This document shows, piece by piece, positions 9,288-20,250 of a stretch of DNA of 64,000 nt. The stretch lies in assembly GCA_027488155.1 (NCBI GenBank), contig JAIYCE010000047.1, positions 30,530-94,529 of the forward strand, in the 5' to 3' direction. The notes under the pieces were generated by a model. That model saw only the letters and a program-made list of their open reading frames with translations, made no database searches and was not told the origin of the DNA. Origin of the DNA: Hyphomicrobiales bacterium (GTDB lineage Bacteria; Pseudomonadota; Alphaproteobacteria; Rhizobiales; Beijerinckiaceae). Position 1 is the first letter of the stretch. Each line of letters starts with the position of its first letter. A program made the position numbers and the translations under genes.

Positions 9288-12200
9288 ATGGCGTCGGACG
9301 AAACGGGGCCGCACAAAAAACGCGTGTTGCGTGTGAAGCGTCTGCCCAATCCGGCCGTCCCGCCGGAAGGTGCCCCCGTTACCCCGCGTTCAGCCACTGC
9401 GGAAACAACGCAACGACCAAACCTACCGCCAACGCCCGAATTAGCTGCGTCCACAACGAACCCCATCGCGCCAAGTCTCGCCCCCGCTCCTCCGACGAAC
9501 GCGCCTGCGCAGGCCAATAACAGTGCTGTAAACAGCGGTGCCGATGAAGAACGCGCGCATAACGGGGCCTTGCCATACGAAGCAGTCTCCGCAAAGCCGG
9601 ACGAACCTTTTGCGGCGCCGCCGTCTCGGGCCGTAATCTTATCGGCTGCGCCACGCCGCCGCGGCCTCATAGCGCGCGCAGGGCATGCCATCGGTGCGAT
9701 CGTCACTTTTCTTTTGATTGTTGCAAGCGTCACGTTTGGTGCGATTGCATGGCAATTGTCGCGTGGGCCGATCGCGCTCGACATCATGACTGATCTCGTT
9801 TCGAAGATGTTAGAAACGCGGTTCGGCAACGGCTTCGATGTCAAAGTGCGCCACACTGATCTAAGGAACACGCCCGAAGGACTTGTTCTTGGAATCGAGG
9901 GTGTGACCGTGCGCGATCCTGCCGGCCGCCTCGTTGTTTCTTCGCCGGAGGCCTCAATCGGTATCGACCCGATATCTTTGTTACATGGCCGTCTCTTGCC
10001 GCGTCAAATTCAATTCATTGGCCTCGCAATCGCCGTCACGATTTCGCCGACGGGACATTTGTCGGTATCCACTGACACATCGGATCAGCCCACCCCATTG
10101 CCAACAGTGCCCGCGCCGCATCAGACCCTGCCGCATACGTCGGAGCCTTCGATGGCCGAACAGGTCGTCAGCCTTGGGGTCATTGCCGATACCGTTGCAG
10201 GACGAACTGGACCGCTTGCGATTCTCGACCGCGCAGGAATTCGCCAAGGCCGACTGACGCTGATCGATATGAGGCGCAATCGCGCGGTGACCTATTCGGA
10301 TCTTTCGGTGAATTTTGCGCGGCCTGACGGCGACGATGAGACACGGCTCACTGTGAGTGCGCGCGGGCCTCATGGCGTTTGGCAAGTTTCGGCAGCGGTG
10401 ATCGGCAAGCCAGGCCACAATAAGCGGCTGCGGTTTAACACGCGCGACCTTGCAATATCTGAAATTCTCGGATTTGCCGAGCCGGGGCTTATCCCTGTCC
10501 ATACTGACATGCCCTTATCGATCGAATTGACAGCGGATTTTGCTGCCGACAACGCTGTGATGGCGATTGATGGACAGATTATCGGCGGCCGCGCCATTAT
10601 CGAATTCGAAGAGAAAGGGGCAAAGCCTTTACGCATCGATCAATTGCAAGGGGCATTCAGCTGGGATCGCGAGCGCCACCTCATCAATCTGCGCTATCTC
10701 GATATGTCAGGCGGCGGTAGCCGCCTCCGGCTATCGGGCACGGTGACTCCGCCGGGCAATCCTGCTGCGCCTTGGGTGTTTCGGGTGTCGAGCCAGGACT
10801 CGTCCCTGCGCGAGGAGAGTGCCCGCAATCATCAGATTGAACTCGACAGCATCGTGATTGCCGGGCGGATCGCACAGGGCTTTGGCGGCATTCGCTTAGA
10901 CGAATTGAACGTGACCGGACCGGAGGTGTCGATCAACGCATCCCTACTCGTAGGCAAATTCGATACGCGTGACGGCTTCGAGCTAAATCTGATCGCGCGC
11001 CGTATGCCCGCGCTGACGTTGTTATCATTTTGGCCAACCTTTATTGTGCCGGATATTAGGGCCTATATTTTGGGTTCAGTGAAAGGTGGCAATGTCGATC
11101 GTTTCTCTTACTCAATTAATTTGACGCGCGAACAATTTGCCGACGCGATGGCAAAAAGACCGCTTCCTGACGAGAACGTTTTGATGGAAATCGACGCGAA
11201 CGACGTGTCCTTCGTTCCGCTTCCCGGTTTACCCCTGTTCAAATCGCTTGAGAGTAAGAGCCGAGTGACTGGGCACACTGTGACGGTGAGTGTGTTGAAG
11301 GGACAGGTTCCATTCTCCGGCGGTCGTACGATCTCGGTCGGCGAGACTGTCTTTCGTATCGGCGATGTCAATGCCCTTCCCCCGCAGGCGCATATCACCA
11401 GCAGGATGAAAGGGACCGTCGATACGTTTGGAGAGTTCTTAAAGTCAGAGCTTCTTAAACCTTACTATCATCTACCTTTCGAACCTTCGCAGGTGAAAGG
11501 GGCAATGGAGACGCAACTGGCCCTGTCGTTCCCACTGGTTGAAAAGCCTACCCCCGATCAGGTGAACGTCACAGCATCTGGCACGATTTCGAATTTGACG
11601 GTCGATCGCGTTATCGGCCGCGACAAACTCGAAAATGGTCAATTCACATTTGTGCACGATAAGGCGGGCATGGTGGTGAAGGGCGATGCGCGTATCGGTG
11701 GAATGCCAAGTTCGCTCGAATTGCGGCACCCTGCCGGAGTAGTCTATCCCGAAGTCAATCTCGTCGGCTCGATTGATGAGGCCGCGCGTACACGGCGCGG
11801 CTTCAAATTCGGCAATCAACTGATTGGCCCAGTTGGCGTGAAAGCAGTGGCGCGGGAGTTCGGGGGGCCAAAACAATTGACCAATGTCGAGATCGATCTA
11901 ACGAGAGCCGGCATCAACGGCGTGATCCCGGGTTGGGTAAAACCGGTTGGCAAGACAGGCAAGGCAACGTTCCGCCTCATGTCAGGGCCGGGCGATACAA
12001 TGATTTTCGAGGACCTTAATTTGGATGGTGGCAATGGCATGGCCGCCAAAGGCGATATCACGCTTGGTCCCGATGGCCAGTTAAATGCTGCGAAGCTCTC
12101 AACATTAAAGATTTCACCGGGCGATTCGATGACGCTCGACGCCGATCGCAAAGACAGCGTACTCAAGCTCACTATTCGTGCAAGTACGATCGATCTGCGG

Positions 12201-13052
12201 CCCGAATTGAAAACCTCATTCGCATCCACACCAGCGGGGCCCGCATCTGCGGCCAATGCCGATATCGATCTCGATCTCAAAGCCACGGCTGCAGTCGGTT
12301 TCAATAATGAAACGCTGACTGGGCTTGATATGAAGATCTCACAGCGCGATGGGACGTGGCGTGATCTCAAATTGAGCGGCAAGATCGGGCGTGCTTCCGT
12401 CATCGGACAGAATGCCCGCAATGAGCAGAACCAGCCTGGGATCGCGATTGAGACGAGCGATGCTGGCGCGCTTCTGCGTTATATGGACCTCTACAAGCGT
12501 ATGATTGGCGGCAATATGCTTTTGCAGTTTTCTGGCAAAAGCGACGCGATGGCAGGCTCACTCGTCGTACGGAATTTTGCCTTGCGGGATGATCCAGCGC
12601 TCGCCGATGTGGCAGCTACGAGCAGGGCAGCAGGGCGTCAGGCGATTAGTGATCCAACTGAAGTTCCATTCACGAGAATGCGGGCAGATTTTGTTTTCGA
12701 TTCGGGTCGCATGACGCTGAAAGATGCGACAATCTCGGGTCCGCAAGTCGGCGGGACAGTTGAAGGAACCCTCGACTTTCAGAAGGACAGGGCGGATCTA
12801 TCTGGCACCTTCGTTCCCGCTTACGGACTGAACAATGCATTCAACCAGATTCCCCTCGTCGGCCAGTTGCTAGGCGGCAAGGATGAGGGATTGTTTGCGA
12901 TCAATTTCCGCGTGACGGGTGCGCTATCTTCGCCAACGGTGAGTGTCAATCCGCTCTCGGCTGTTGCGCCGGGTTTTCTCCGCAAATTCTTTGGCGTATG
13001 GAGTTCGGACGATAAGCCTGTCGCTGCTCCAGCGCCAAAGCCGGCACAGTAG
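9288..13052 (+). CDS. AsmA-like/YhdP-type (DUF3971) large envelope protein
   Basis: 1254 aa; Pro-rich N-terminus, one TM, long beta-rich body, C-terminal GTFVPAYGLNNAF...VNPLSAVAPGFLR; position between bcp and tyrS. Confidence 0.8.
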   Translation: MASDETGPHKKRVLRVKRLPNPAVPPEGAPVTPRSATAETTQRPNLPPTPELAASTTNPIAPSLAPAPPTNAPAQANNSAVNSGADEERAHNGALPYEAVSAKPDEPFAAPPSRAVILSAAPRRRGLIARAGHAIGAIVTFLLIVASVTFGAIAWQLSRGPIALDIMTDLVSKMLETRFGNGFDVKVRHTDLRNTPEGLVLGIEGVTVRDPAGRLVVSSPEASIGIDPISLLHGRLLPRQIQFIGLAIAVTISPTGHLSVSTDTSDQPTPLPTVPAPHQTLPHTSEPSMAEQVVSLGVIADTVAGRTGPLAILDRAGIRQGRLTLIDMRRNRAVTYSDLSVNFARPDGDDETRLTVSARGPHGVWQVSAAVIGKPGHNKRLRFNTRDLAISEILGFAEPGLIPVHTDMPLSIELTADFAADNAVMAIDGQIIGGRAIIEFEEKGAKPLRIDQLQGAFSWDRERHLINLRYLDMSGGGSRLRLSGTVTPPGNPAAPWVFRVSSQDSSLREESARNHQIELDSIVIAGRIAQGFGGIRLDELNVTGPEVSINASLLVGKFDTRDGFELNLIARRMPALTLLSFWPTFIVPDIRAYILGSVKGGNVDRFSYSINLTREQFADAMAKRPLPDENVLMEIDANDVSFVPLPGLPLFKSLESKSRVTGHTVTVSVLKGQVPFSGGRTISVGETVFRIGDVNALPPQAHITSRMKGTVDTFGEFLKSELLKPYYHLPFEPSQVKGAMETQLALSFPLVEKPTPDQVNVTASGTISNLTVDRVIGRDKLENGQFTFVHDKAGMVVKGDARIGGMPSSLELRHPAGVVYPEVNLVGSIDEAARTRRGFKFGNQLIGPVGVKAVAREFGGPKQLTNVEIDLTRAGINGVIPGWVKPVGKTGKATFRLMSGPGDTMIFEDLNLDGGNGMAAKGDITLGPDGQLNAAKLSTLKISPGDSMTLDADRKDSVLKLTIRASTIDLRPELKTSFASTPAGPASAANADIDLDLKATAAVGFNNETLTGLDMKISQRDGTWRDLKLSGKIGRASVIGQNARNEQNQPGIAIETSDAGALLRYMDLYKRMIGGNMLLQFSGKSDAMAGSLVVRNFALRDDPALADVAATSRAAGRQAISDPTEVPFTRMRADFVFDSGRMTLKDATISGPQVGGTVEGTLDFQKDRADLSGTFVPAYGLNNAFNQIPLVGQLLGGKDEGLFAINFRVTGALSSPTVSVNPLSAVAPGFLRKFFGVWSSDDKPVAAPAPKPAQ

Positions 13053-13198
13053 ACGAAACGCTATAGTGCAAGGTGTAAATGTGGCAGTTGATCGCCGAGA
13101 TATGTATTTTCACATGGAGCTGCCGAGGTGCGGGTAGCTCATTTGAAATGACACGTTCAGAGACTGAACAGCCCTCATTTGGCTATTTGACATGAATC

Positions 13199-14458
13199 TC
13201 ATACCTGCTTGAGCAGGATATGCTTCTTTTTACCGAGCGAAAGTTTGACGGCGCCGTCATGCACGAAGAGATCGGCACCAAGATTGGCGCGCTCGTCGGA
13301 AGCTGCCTCGTCATTGACGCGCAATCCGCCAGCTTTGATCTGGCGTCGTGCCTCTGAAGTGGAGGCAACAAGACCGGCTTTGACGAAGGCTGAAAGAATG
13401 CCAAGACCGGCGGCAACTTCAACGGCGGCAATTTCAACAGTCGGCAAACTCGTTGCTGTGACGCCTTCTTCGAAGGTCTTGCGGGCTGTGAGTTCAGCCT
13501 GCTCTGCCGCTTCGCGACCATGGATCAGTGCCGTCGCTTCGGTGGCGAGAATTTTTTTCGCATCGTTGATTTCGGCGCCGCCAAGTTGTTCGAGGCGTTC
13601 GATCTCATCAAGTGGCAGTGTCGTAAATAACTTAAGGAAGCGCCCGACATCTCGGTCTTCCGTGTTGCGCCAATATTGCCAGTAATCATACACCGGCAGC
13701 ATATCGGCATTGAGCCATACAGCGCCTTGGGCAGTCTTGCCCATCTTCGCGCCTGAAGATGTTGTTAGAAGCGGCGAGGTGAGGGCGTAAAGCTGCGGCG
13801 TGCCCATGCGGCGGCCGAGGTCGATCCCGGTGACGATGTTGCCCCATTGATCGGAGCCGCCCATCTGCAAGGTGATGCCGTAGCGCTTGTTCAGTTCGAC
13901 GAAATCATAGGCTTGCAGGCACATATAGTTGAATTCGAGGAAAGACAGTTCCTGATCGCGATCGAGCCGCATTTTCACGCTGTCCATCGACAACATGCGA
14001 TTGACCGAGAAGTGACGCCCGACATCACGCAGGAATTCAATGTAGTTGAGCGTCGTCAGCCATTCCGCATTGTCGATCATCAAGGCATCGTGCTTACCAT
14101 CGCCGAACTTCAAAAACTTTGAGAAGACGGATTTGATGCCGTTCTTGTTGTTCTCAATGTCGTCGAGCGTCAGGATCTTACGGCTTTCGTCGCGGCCCGA
14201 TGGGTCTCCAACGCGCGTGGTGCCACCGCCCATAAGCGGAACCGGTTTGCCACCCGATTTCTGTAACCAATGCAGCATCATGATTTGCACGAGCGAGCCG
14301 ACATGCAGCGAAGCAGCGGTGCAATCAAAGCCAATGTAAGCGACGAGGTCGCCTGACACGGCTTTCTCATCGAGCCCGGCATAGTCCGAGCATTGATGGA
14401 TGTAGCCGCGCTCGATGAGTGTGCGCAGGAAATCGGATTTCGGCTTGAAATCGGACAT
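13199..14458 (-). CDS. tyrS: Tyrosine--tRNA ligase
   Basis: [15 protein letters not shown] (HIGH-like), [16 protein letters not shown]; start 14458 (ATG) or 14473 (GTG). Confidence 0.97.
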   Translation of the reverse strand: MSDFKPKSDFLRTLIERGYIHQCSDYAGLDEKAVSGDLVAYIGFDCTAASLHVGSLVQIMMLHWLQKSGGKPVPLMGGGTTRVGDPSGRDESRKILTLDDIENNKNGIKSVFSKFLKFGDGKHDALMIDNAEWLTTLNYIEFLRDVGRHFSVNRMLSMDSVKMRLDRDQELSFLEFNYMCLQAYDFVELNKRYGITLQMGGSDQWGNIVTGIDLGRRMGTPQLYALTSPLLTTSSGAKMGKTAQGAVWLNADMLPVYDYWQYWRNTEDRDVGRFLKLFTTLPLDEIERLEQLGGAEINDAKKILATEATALIHGREAAEQAELTARKTFEEGVTATSLPTVEIAAVEVAAGLGILSAFVKAGLVASTSEARRQIKAGGLRVNDEAASDERANLGADLFVHDGAVKLSLGKKKHILLKQV

Positions 14459-14485
14459 AACGTATACCGTCACGATAGAGGGCGA

Positions 14486-15169
14486 TTAGCGACGCTTGCC
14501 ACGCGCAGCACGCGGCGGTGCTTCAGCATTCGGGCCAAGGCGCTTGTCGAGATAATCGGAGACGAGCTTCTGGAGATCGTCGACCTTATCCTCGAAGAAA
14601 TGATTGGCCCCATCCACGGTCGCATGTTCGATCTGGATGCCCTTTTGTGTCTTCACCTTTTCGATCACGCTCATGACTTCCTTGATCGGCGCGACGCGAT
14701 CTTGCGAGCCATGGATGAACAGGCCGGAAGACGGGCAAGGCGCAAGGAATGAGAAATCGAAACGATTAGCCGGGGCTGCGACCGAGATGAAGCCTTCGAT
14801 CTCGGGACGGCGCATCAGAAGCTGCATGCCGATCCACGCACCGAAGGAGATGCCGGCGATCCAGCACGCGCGCGCTTCGGGGTTGATGGCCTGTGCCCAG
14901 TCGAGCGCGGCCGCAGCATCGGATAACTCGCCTTGACCATGATCGAAAGAGCCTTGGCTACGCCCCACACCACGGAAGTTGAAACGCAGCGCCGAGAAGC
15001 CGCGCTCTACGAACTGGTAATAGAGGGAATAGACCACTTGATTGTTCATCGTGCCGCCGAATTGCGGGTGCGGATGCAGCACGATCGCAATGGGCGCGCC
15101 CTTGGTCTTCGACGGATGATAGCGGCCTTCGATGCGGCCAGCCGGACCGGTGAAGATAACCTCGGGCAT
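14486..15169 (-). CDS. Alpha/beta hydrolase, divergent from the suf operon
   Basis: MPEVIFTGPAGRIEGRY, HPHPQFGGTMNN, nucleophile motif GISFG. Confidence 0.88.
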   Translation of the reverse strand: MPEVIFTGPAGRIEGRYHPSKTKGAPIAIVLHPHPQFGGTMNNQVVYSLYYQFVERGFSALRFNFRGVGRSQGSFDHGQGELSDAAAALDWAQAINPEARACWIAGISFGAWIGMQLLMRRPEIEGFISVAAPANRFDFSFLAPCPSSGLFIHGSQDRVAPIKEVMSVIEKVKTQKGIQIEHATVDGANHFFEDKVDDLQKLVSDYLDKRLGPNAEAPPRAARGKRR

Positions 15170-15257
15170 GATGATCCTTTCGGGCAGGCGATGGGGCCGG
15201 AACAACGCGTTCAGGGCCGGTTTGGCTTGACTTAGAACGCTGAGCGGCTCACATTCG

Positions 15258-15293
15258 CTTAGAATTCTTCTAACACCTTGGAACGATTCCAAT
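15258..15293. promoter_or_regulatory. Two tandem Irr boxes (ICE)
   Basis: cTTAGAA-ttc-TTCTAAc (15258-15274) and cTTGGAA-cga-TTCCAAt (15277-15293) match TTTRGAA-N3-TTCYAAA; located upstream of the suf operon. Confidence 0.8.
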
Positions 15294-15431
15294 CTGGCAA
15301 TTGCCGGCTTGGAGACGCGCGGGGTGGGTCGCCTTCTAGCACGGTCTGGGGTGGCGATTTCAAGCTTTTCGTGATGGGCGACGTGCCCACCGCGACAATG
15401 GAAACCTCGAACCGGAACGGCATCGCCCCCG

Positions 15432-16592
15432 ATGAGTGCCGAACGCGTCTATCTCGACCATAACGCGACCGCTCCGGTACGTCCGGCGGCGGTGGAGGCT
15501 ATGGCGGTTGCGCTGAAGGCGGGGGGTAATCCGTCCTCCATCCATGCCGAGGGCCGGGCGGCACGTGGCCGGACCGAGGCGGCGCGGGAGGCTCTTGCGG
15601 CGCTGGCCGATGTACGGACGTCGGAGGTCTTCTTCACCTCGGGCGGGACCGAAGCGAATGCTTTGGCTCTCAGCCCGGCATTCCTGCCGAACCCGCACCA
15701 AGGCATTCTCCTTGTCAGCGCGGTCGAACATGTCTGCGTCCTCGAGGGCCATCGGTTCCCCAAGGATCGCGTCGAGATCGTCCCCGTAAGGCCGGATGGC
15801 CTACTCGACCTCGACTATCTTGCCACGCGGATCGCCACGGCACCTGAAGGGGCGGTGATGGTCGCTTTACAATGGGCGAACAACGAAACCGGTGTGATCC
15901 AGCCGGTTGCGGCTGTCGCGGAGATGGTCCATGCCCGTAAGGGGCGATTTCATGTCGATGCCGTGCAAGGTGCAGGCAAGATTGCCTTCACGAGGCAAGC
16001 GCTAGGAGCGGACAGTTTGGCGCTGTCCGCCCACAAATTGGGCGGTCCGCAAGGCGTCGGCGCGCTGATCCTCGGCCCGGGCCTTGTTATCGATCATAAG
16101 ATGTTGATTGGCGGCGGACAGGAACGCGGTACGCGGGCCGGCACGGAGAATGTTCCCGGCATCGCTGGTTTCGGTGCTGCCCTGCGCGAAGCTTTGGCGG
16201 CGCTCCCTACCGAGACGGCGCGGCTTTCGGCTTTGCGCGATGCATGCGCGGCCACGCTTTTGGAGCATGTGCCCGGCGCGGTCATCTTTGGCGCTGGGGT
16301 CGAGCGCCTGCCCAATACGGTGTGCTTTGCCATCCCGGGCCTCAAGGCCGAGACGGCTTTGATGGCGTTCGATCTCGGTGGGGTCGCACTGTCGTCGGGT
16401 TCGGCCTGCTCGTCGGGCAAGGTCAAACGGTCGCATGTCCTGGCGGCGATGGGGGTACCGGACGAACTGGCCGCCTGCGCGCTGCGCTTGAGCCTTGGCT
16501 GGTCGAGCACCGAAAAGGATGTGATCCAATTCGGATCAGCCCTCGAAAAAATACGAAATAACACCATAAAGAAGGATACGCGCGCAGCCTAA
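15432..16592 (+). CDS. Cysteine desulfurase (IscS/NifS-like, group I)
   Basis: YLDHNAT, NNETG, SAHKLGGPQG, SSGSACSS. Confidence 0.92.
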   Translation: MSAERVYLDHNATAPVRPAAVEAMAVALKAGGNPSSIHAEGRAARGRTEAAREALAALADVRTSEVFFTSGGTEANALALSPAFLPNPHQGILLVSAVEHVCVLEGHRFPKDRVEIVPVRPDGLLDLDYLATRIATAPEGAVMVALQWANNETGVIQPVAAVAEMVHARKGRFHVDAVQGAGKIAFTRQALGADSLALSAHKLGGPQGVGALILGPGLVIDHKMLIGGGQERGTRAGTENVPGIAGFGAALREALAALPTETARLSALRDACAATLLEHVPGAVIFGAGVERLPNTVCFAIPGLKAETALMAFDLGGVALSSGSACSSGKVKRSHVLAAMGVPDELAACALRLSLGWSSTEKDVIQFGSALEKIRNNTIKKDTRAA

Positions 16593-16645
16593 AGCGCGCC
16601 AAACCGGCCGCCGGTCCTTGAAACCGGTGAGAAGGAGTAAAGCGA

Positions 16646-18115
16646 ATGCCCGCCGTTAAAGAGACCGTCGAACAGGTCAAGGCGATCGACGTCGACCAGT
16701 ACAAGTATGGCTTCGAGACCCAGCTCGAAGTGGACAAGGCCCCCAAAGGGCTCAACGAAGATATTGTCCGCTTGATCTCGGCCAAGAAAAAAGAACCGGC
16801 TTGGATGCTGGAATGGCGGCTTGATGCCTATCGCCGCTGGCTCACCATGCGCGAGCCGACTTGGGCGCGCGTCGAATATCCGGAAATCGATTTTCAGGAC
16901 ATTCATTATTACGCGGCGCCGAAGATGAATGCGGCTCCTAAGACGATCGACGATGTCGATCCGGCCATTCTCGACACCTACAAAAAGCTCGGCATCCCGC
17001 TCCGCGAGCAGGAAATTCTGGCTGGCGTGCAGCAATCCAAAGTCGCGGTCGACGCCGTTTTCGATTCTGTCTCCGTGGCGACGACGTTCAAGGAAGAGTT
17101 GAAGAAGGCGGGCGTGATCTTCTGCTCGATTTCGGAAGCGCTGCACGAATATCCCGAACTCGTGAAGAAATATATCGGTACGGTCGTGCCGGTCACGGAT
17201 AATTATTATGCAACGCTGAATTCGGCTGTCTTTACCGACGGCTCTTTCGTCTATGTGCCGAAGGGCGTGCGCTGCCCGATGGAATTATCGACCTATTTCC
17301 GCATTAATGAAAAGAATACGGGTCAGTTCGAGCGGACGCTCATCATCGTGGAAGAGGGCGCTTACGTCTCCTATCTCGAAGGGTGCACGGCCCCGCAGCG
17401 CGATGAAAACCAGCTTCACGCTGCTGTCGTTGAGCTCATCGCCCTCGACGACGCTGAGATTAAATATTCGACCGTCCAGAACTGGTATCCCGGCGACAAG
17501 GACGGAAAGGGTGGCATTTATAATTTTGTCACCAAGCGCGGCGATTGCCGTGGCAAAAACTCAAAGATCAGCTGGACGCAGGTGGAAACCGGCTCGGCAA
17601 TCACATGGAAATATCCGTCCTGCATTTTGCGCGGCGAAGGTTCGCGCGGCGAGTTCTATTCAATCGCCGTGTCGAATGGCCGCCAACAGGTCGATTCCGG
17701 CACCAAAATGATCCATCTCGGCAAGAACACGACGAGCCGGATTATCTCGAAAGGCATTTCTGCCGGCCATTCGCAAAACACCTATCGCGGGCTTGTCTCG
17801 GCCCATCGCCGCGCGACGGGCGCGCGCAATTTCACCAATTGCGACTCGCTTCTGATCGGCAATAATTGCGGCGCTCATACGGTGCCCTACATCGAAAGCA
17901 AGAACGGCTCGTCGATCTTCGAGCATGAAGCGACGACCTCAAAAATCTCGGAAGATCAGCTTTTCTATTGCATGCAGCGTGGCCTCTCGGCAGAGGAGGC
18001 AACCGCGCTCATCGTCAACGGCTTCGTGAAAGACGTGTTGCAGCAACTCCCGATGGAGTTTGCCGTCGAAGCGCAAAAGCTCATCTCCATTTCGCTCGAA
18101 GGCTCGGTCGGTTGA
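16646..18115 (+). CDS. sufB: Fe-S assembly protein SufB
   Basis: [32 protein letters not shown]...EGSVG C-terminus. Confidence 0.97.
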   Translation: MPAVKETVEQVKAIDVDQYKYGFETQLEVDKAPKGLNEDIVRLISAKKKEPAWMLEWRLDAYRRWLTMREPTWARVEYPEIDFQDIHYYAAPKMNAAPKTIDDVDPAILDTYKKLGIPLREQEILAGVQQSKVAVDAVFDSVSVATTFKEELKKAGVIFCSISEALHEYPELVKKYIGTVVPVTDNYYATLNSAVFTDGSFVYVPKGVRCPMELSTYFRINEKNTGQFERTLIIVEEGAYVSYLEGCTAPQRDENQLHAAVVELIALDDAEIKYSTVQNWYPGDKDGKGGIYNFVTKRGDCRGKNSKISWTQVETGSAITWKYPSCILRGEGSRGEFYSIAVSNGRQQVDSGTKMIHLGKNTTSRIISKGISAGHSQNTYRGLVSAHRRATGARNFTNCDSLLIGNNCGAHTVPYIESKNGSSIFEHEATTSKISEDQLFYCMQRGLSAEEATALIVNGFVKDVLQQLPMEFAVEAQKLISISLEGSVG

Positions 18116-18151
18116 TCCGACGCCTCGCACACCATTCGAAGGACCACCCCA

Positions 18152-18901
18152 ATGCTTGAAATTCGCAATCTTCACGTCTCAATCGAAGACAAGAAAATCC
18201 TCAATGGCCTGAACCTCACCGTTCACGATGGTGAAGTCGCCGCCATCATGGGCCCGAACGGTTCGGGCAAGTCGACGCTGTCCTACGTCATCGCAGGCAA
18301 GCCAGATTACGATATTCACGATGGCGAAATCCTGCTCGATGGCGAAAACGTGCTTGAGATGGATCCGGATGCGCGTGCCGCTGCTGGCATCTTCCTGGCC
18401 TTCCAGTATCCGCTTGAAATTCCGGGTGTTGCGACGATGACCTTCCTAAAGGCGGCGATGCAGGCCCAGCGCAAGGCGCGTGGTGAAGAAGAATTGTCGA
18501 CGGCGGAATTTATGAAGCGCGTGCGCGATCAGGCGGGCCATCTCGGTATTCCGCAGGACATGCTCAAGCGCGGCCTCAATGTCGGCTTCTCGGGCGGCGA
18601 GAAGAAGCGCATGGAAATTCTGCAGATGGCGCTGCTCGAGCCGAAATTCTGCATTCTTGACGAGACCGATTCCGGTCTCGACATCGACGCGCTCAAAGTG
18701 GTTTCGGAAGGCGTCAACCGTCTGCGCGCGAAGGATCGCTCCTTCCTCGTCATCACCCATTATCAGCGTCTGCTCAATTACATCGTGCCGGATACGGTGC
18801 ACGTCATGGCGCATGGTCAAGTGGTGAAGTCGGGCGGCAAGGAATTGGCACTCGAACTCGAAGCCAATGGCTATGCCGATTACAAGACGCTGGCCGCGTG
18901 A
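18152..18901 (+). CDS. sufC: Fe-S assembly ATPase SufC
   Basis: [30 protein letters not shown]. Confidence 0.97.
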   Translation: MLEIRNLHVSIEDKKILNGLNLTVHDGEVAAIMGPNGSGKSTLSYVIAGKPDYDIHDGEILLDGENVLEMDPDARAAAGIFLAFQYPLEIPGVATMTFLKAAMQAQRKARGEEELSTAEFMKRVRDQAGHLGIPQDMLKRGLNVGFSGGEKKRMEILQMALLEPKFCILDETDSGLDIDALKVVSEGVNRLRAKDRSFLVITHYQRLLNYIVPDTVHVMAHGQVVKSGGKELALELEANGYADYKTLAA

Positions 18902-18906
18902 GGTGA

Positions 18907-20250
18907 ATGATGTCTGACGTCACACCAATCCGCACGCCTGCGGAGAATGCATTGATCGCGGCCTTTCCTGCCGCGCGCAAAAGCTTGCCCGGCAATGCGC
19001 ATGTGATTGCGCTGCGCGAAGCCGCCTTTAATCGCTTCGAGGCGAAGGGCTTGCCCCATCGCCGTGTCGAGGAATGGAAATACACCGATCTACGCACCGC
19101 TTTGCGCGATGCTCTACCGCTGGCGGACGCGCTCAATGTAGCTGATGCAGCGGCACTTGCCCAATCCGATAGCTGCCTCTCATCCGGCGATGCGTTTGCG
19201 GAATTAGACGCGCACCGCGTGGTGATCGTGAACGGCCATTTCGTCCCATCGCTGTCTTCCGTGAATGCGCAGGGCGTGACTGTGAACGATCTTGCCGAAG
19301 CGCTTTCGACTGGCGCAGGAATCGATGCGCTCGGCACGATGGCGAAAGCCGACGATTCCGCGCTCGCGCTCAACGCTGCCTTCATGCAAGGTGGCGTTGT
19401 GATCGATATCGCAAAAGGTGCGTCGGTCGACAAGCCGATTTATCTCCGCTTCATCGTCATGGGACAAGAAGCACGCGCGATCTATCCGCGTGTACTTGTC
19501 ACTGTGGGCGAGGGGGCAGCGGTCACCTTGATCGAAGCGCATCAGGGTGGCGATGGCATCGCTTATCAGACCAATGCCGTTGTTGAGATCAAGGCGGGTG
19601 CGAAGTCGCATATCCAGCATATCCGCCTCAATGCGCATGGCGATGCGGCGATCGACCTCTCTTCGCTCGGCACCGATCTTGGCGAAGCAGCGGAATTCAA
19701 GTCGATGAATTTCGTGATGCGTCCGGCACTGGCGCGCCATCAGGTGTTTGCGCGTTTCTCCGGCGAGCACATCAAGCTCGATGTCTCGGGCGCAGCACTT
19801 CTCAAGGGCAAGCAACACGCGGATTCGACGCTCTATGTTGATCATGCCATGCCGCATGGCGAGAGCCGCGAATTGTTTAAGCATGTGATCGATGACGAGG
19901 CCGTAGGCGTTTTCCAAGGCAAGATCGTCGTGCAGCCCATCGCCCAGAAGACGGACGGTCGCATGATGAGCCAGGCCATCCTACTGTCCGACGATGCGAC
20001 GATGTACAACAAGCCTGAGCTTGAAATCTTCGCCGACGACGTTGCTTGCGGCCATGGTGCCACTTGCGGTGCGCTCGATGACGATCTCCTGTTCTATCTA
20101 CGCGCGCGTGGGTTGCCGAAGCCGGAAGCGGAAGCCTTGATGCTCGCCGCCTTCATCGGCGAGGCGCTTGAGAAAATCGAGAATGACAGCGTGCGCGAGG
20201 CGCTTGAGGCGCAGACGCAAGCCTGGCTTCTCGCGAGGGCGGTGAAGTGA
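18907..20250 (+). CDS. sufD: Fe-S assembly protein SufD
   Basis: EEWKYT, KPELEIFADDVACGHGAT, LFYLRARG. Confidence 0.95.
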   Translation: MMSDVTPIRTPAENALIAAFPAARKSLPGNAHVIALREAAFNRFEAKGLPHRRVEEWKYTDLRTALRDALPLADALNVADAAALAQSDSCLSSGDAFAELDAHRVVIVNGHFVPSLSSVNAQGVTVNDLAEALSTGAGIDALGTMAKADDSALALNAAFMQGGVVIDIAKGASVDKPIYLRFIVMGQEARAIYPRVLVTVGEGAAVTLIEAHQGGDGIAYQTNAVVEIKAGAKSHIQHIRLNAHGDAAIDLSSLGTDLGEAAEFKSMNFVMRPALARHQVFARFSGEHIKLDVSGAALLKGKQHADSTLYVDHAMPHGESRELFKHVIDDEAVGVFQGKIVVQPIAQKTDGRMMSQAILLSDDATMYNKPELEIFADDVACGHGATCGALDDDLLFYLRARGLPKPEAEALMLAAFIGEALEKIENDSVREALEAQTQAWLLARAVK

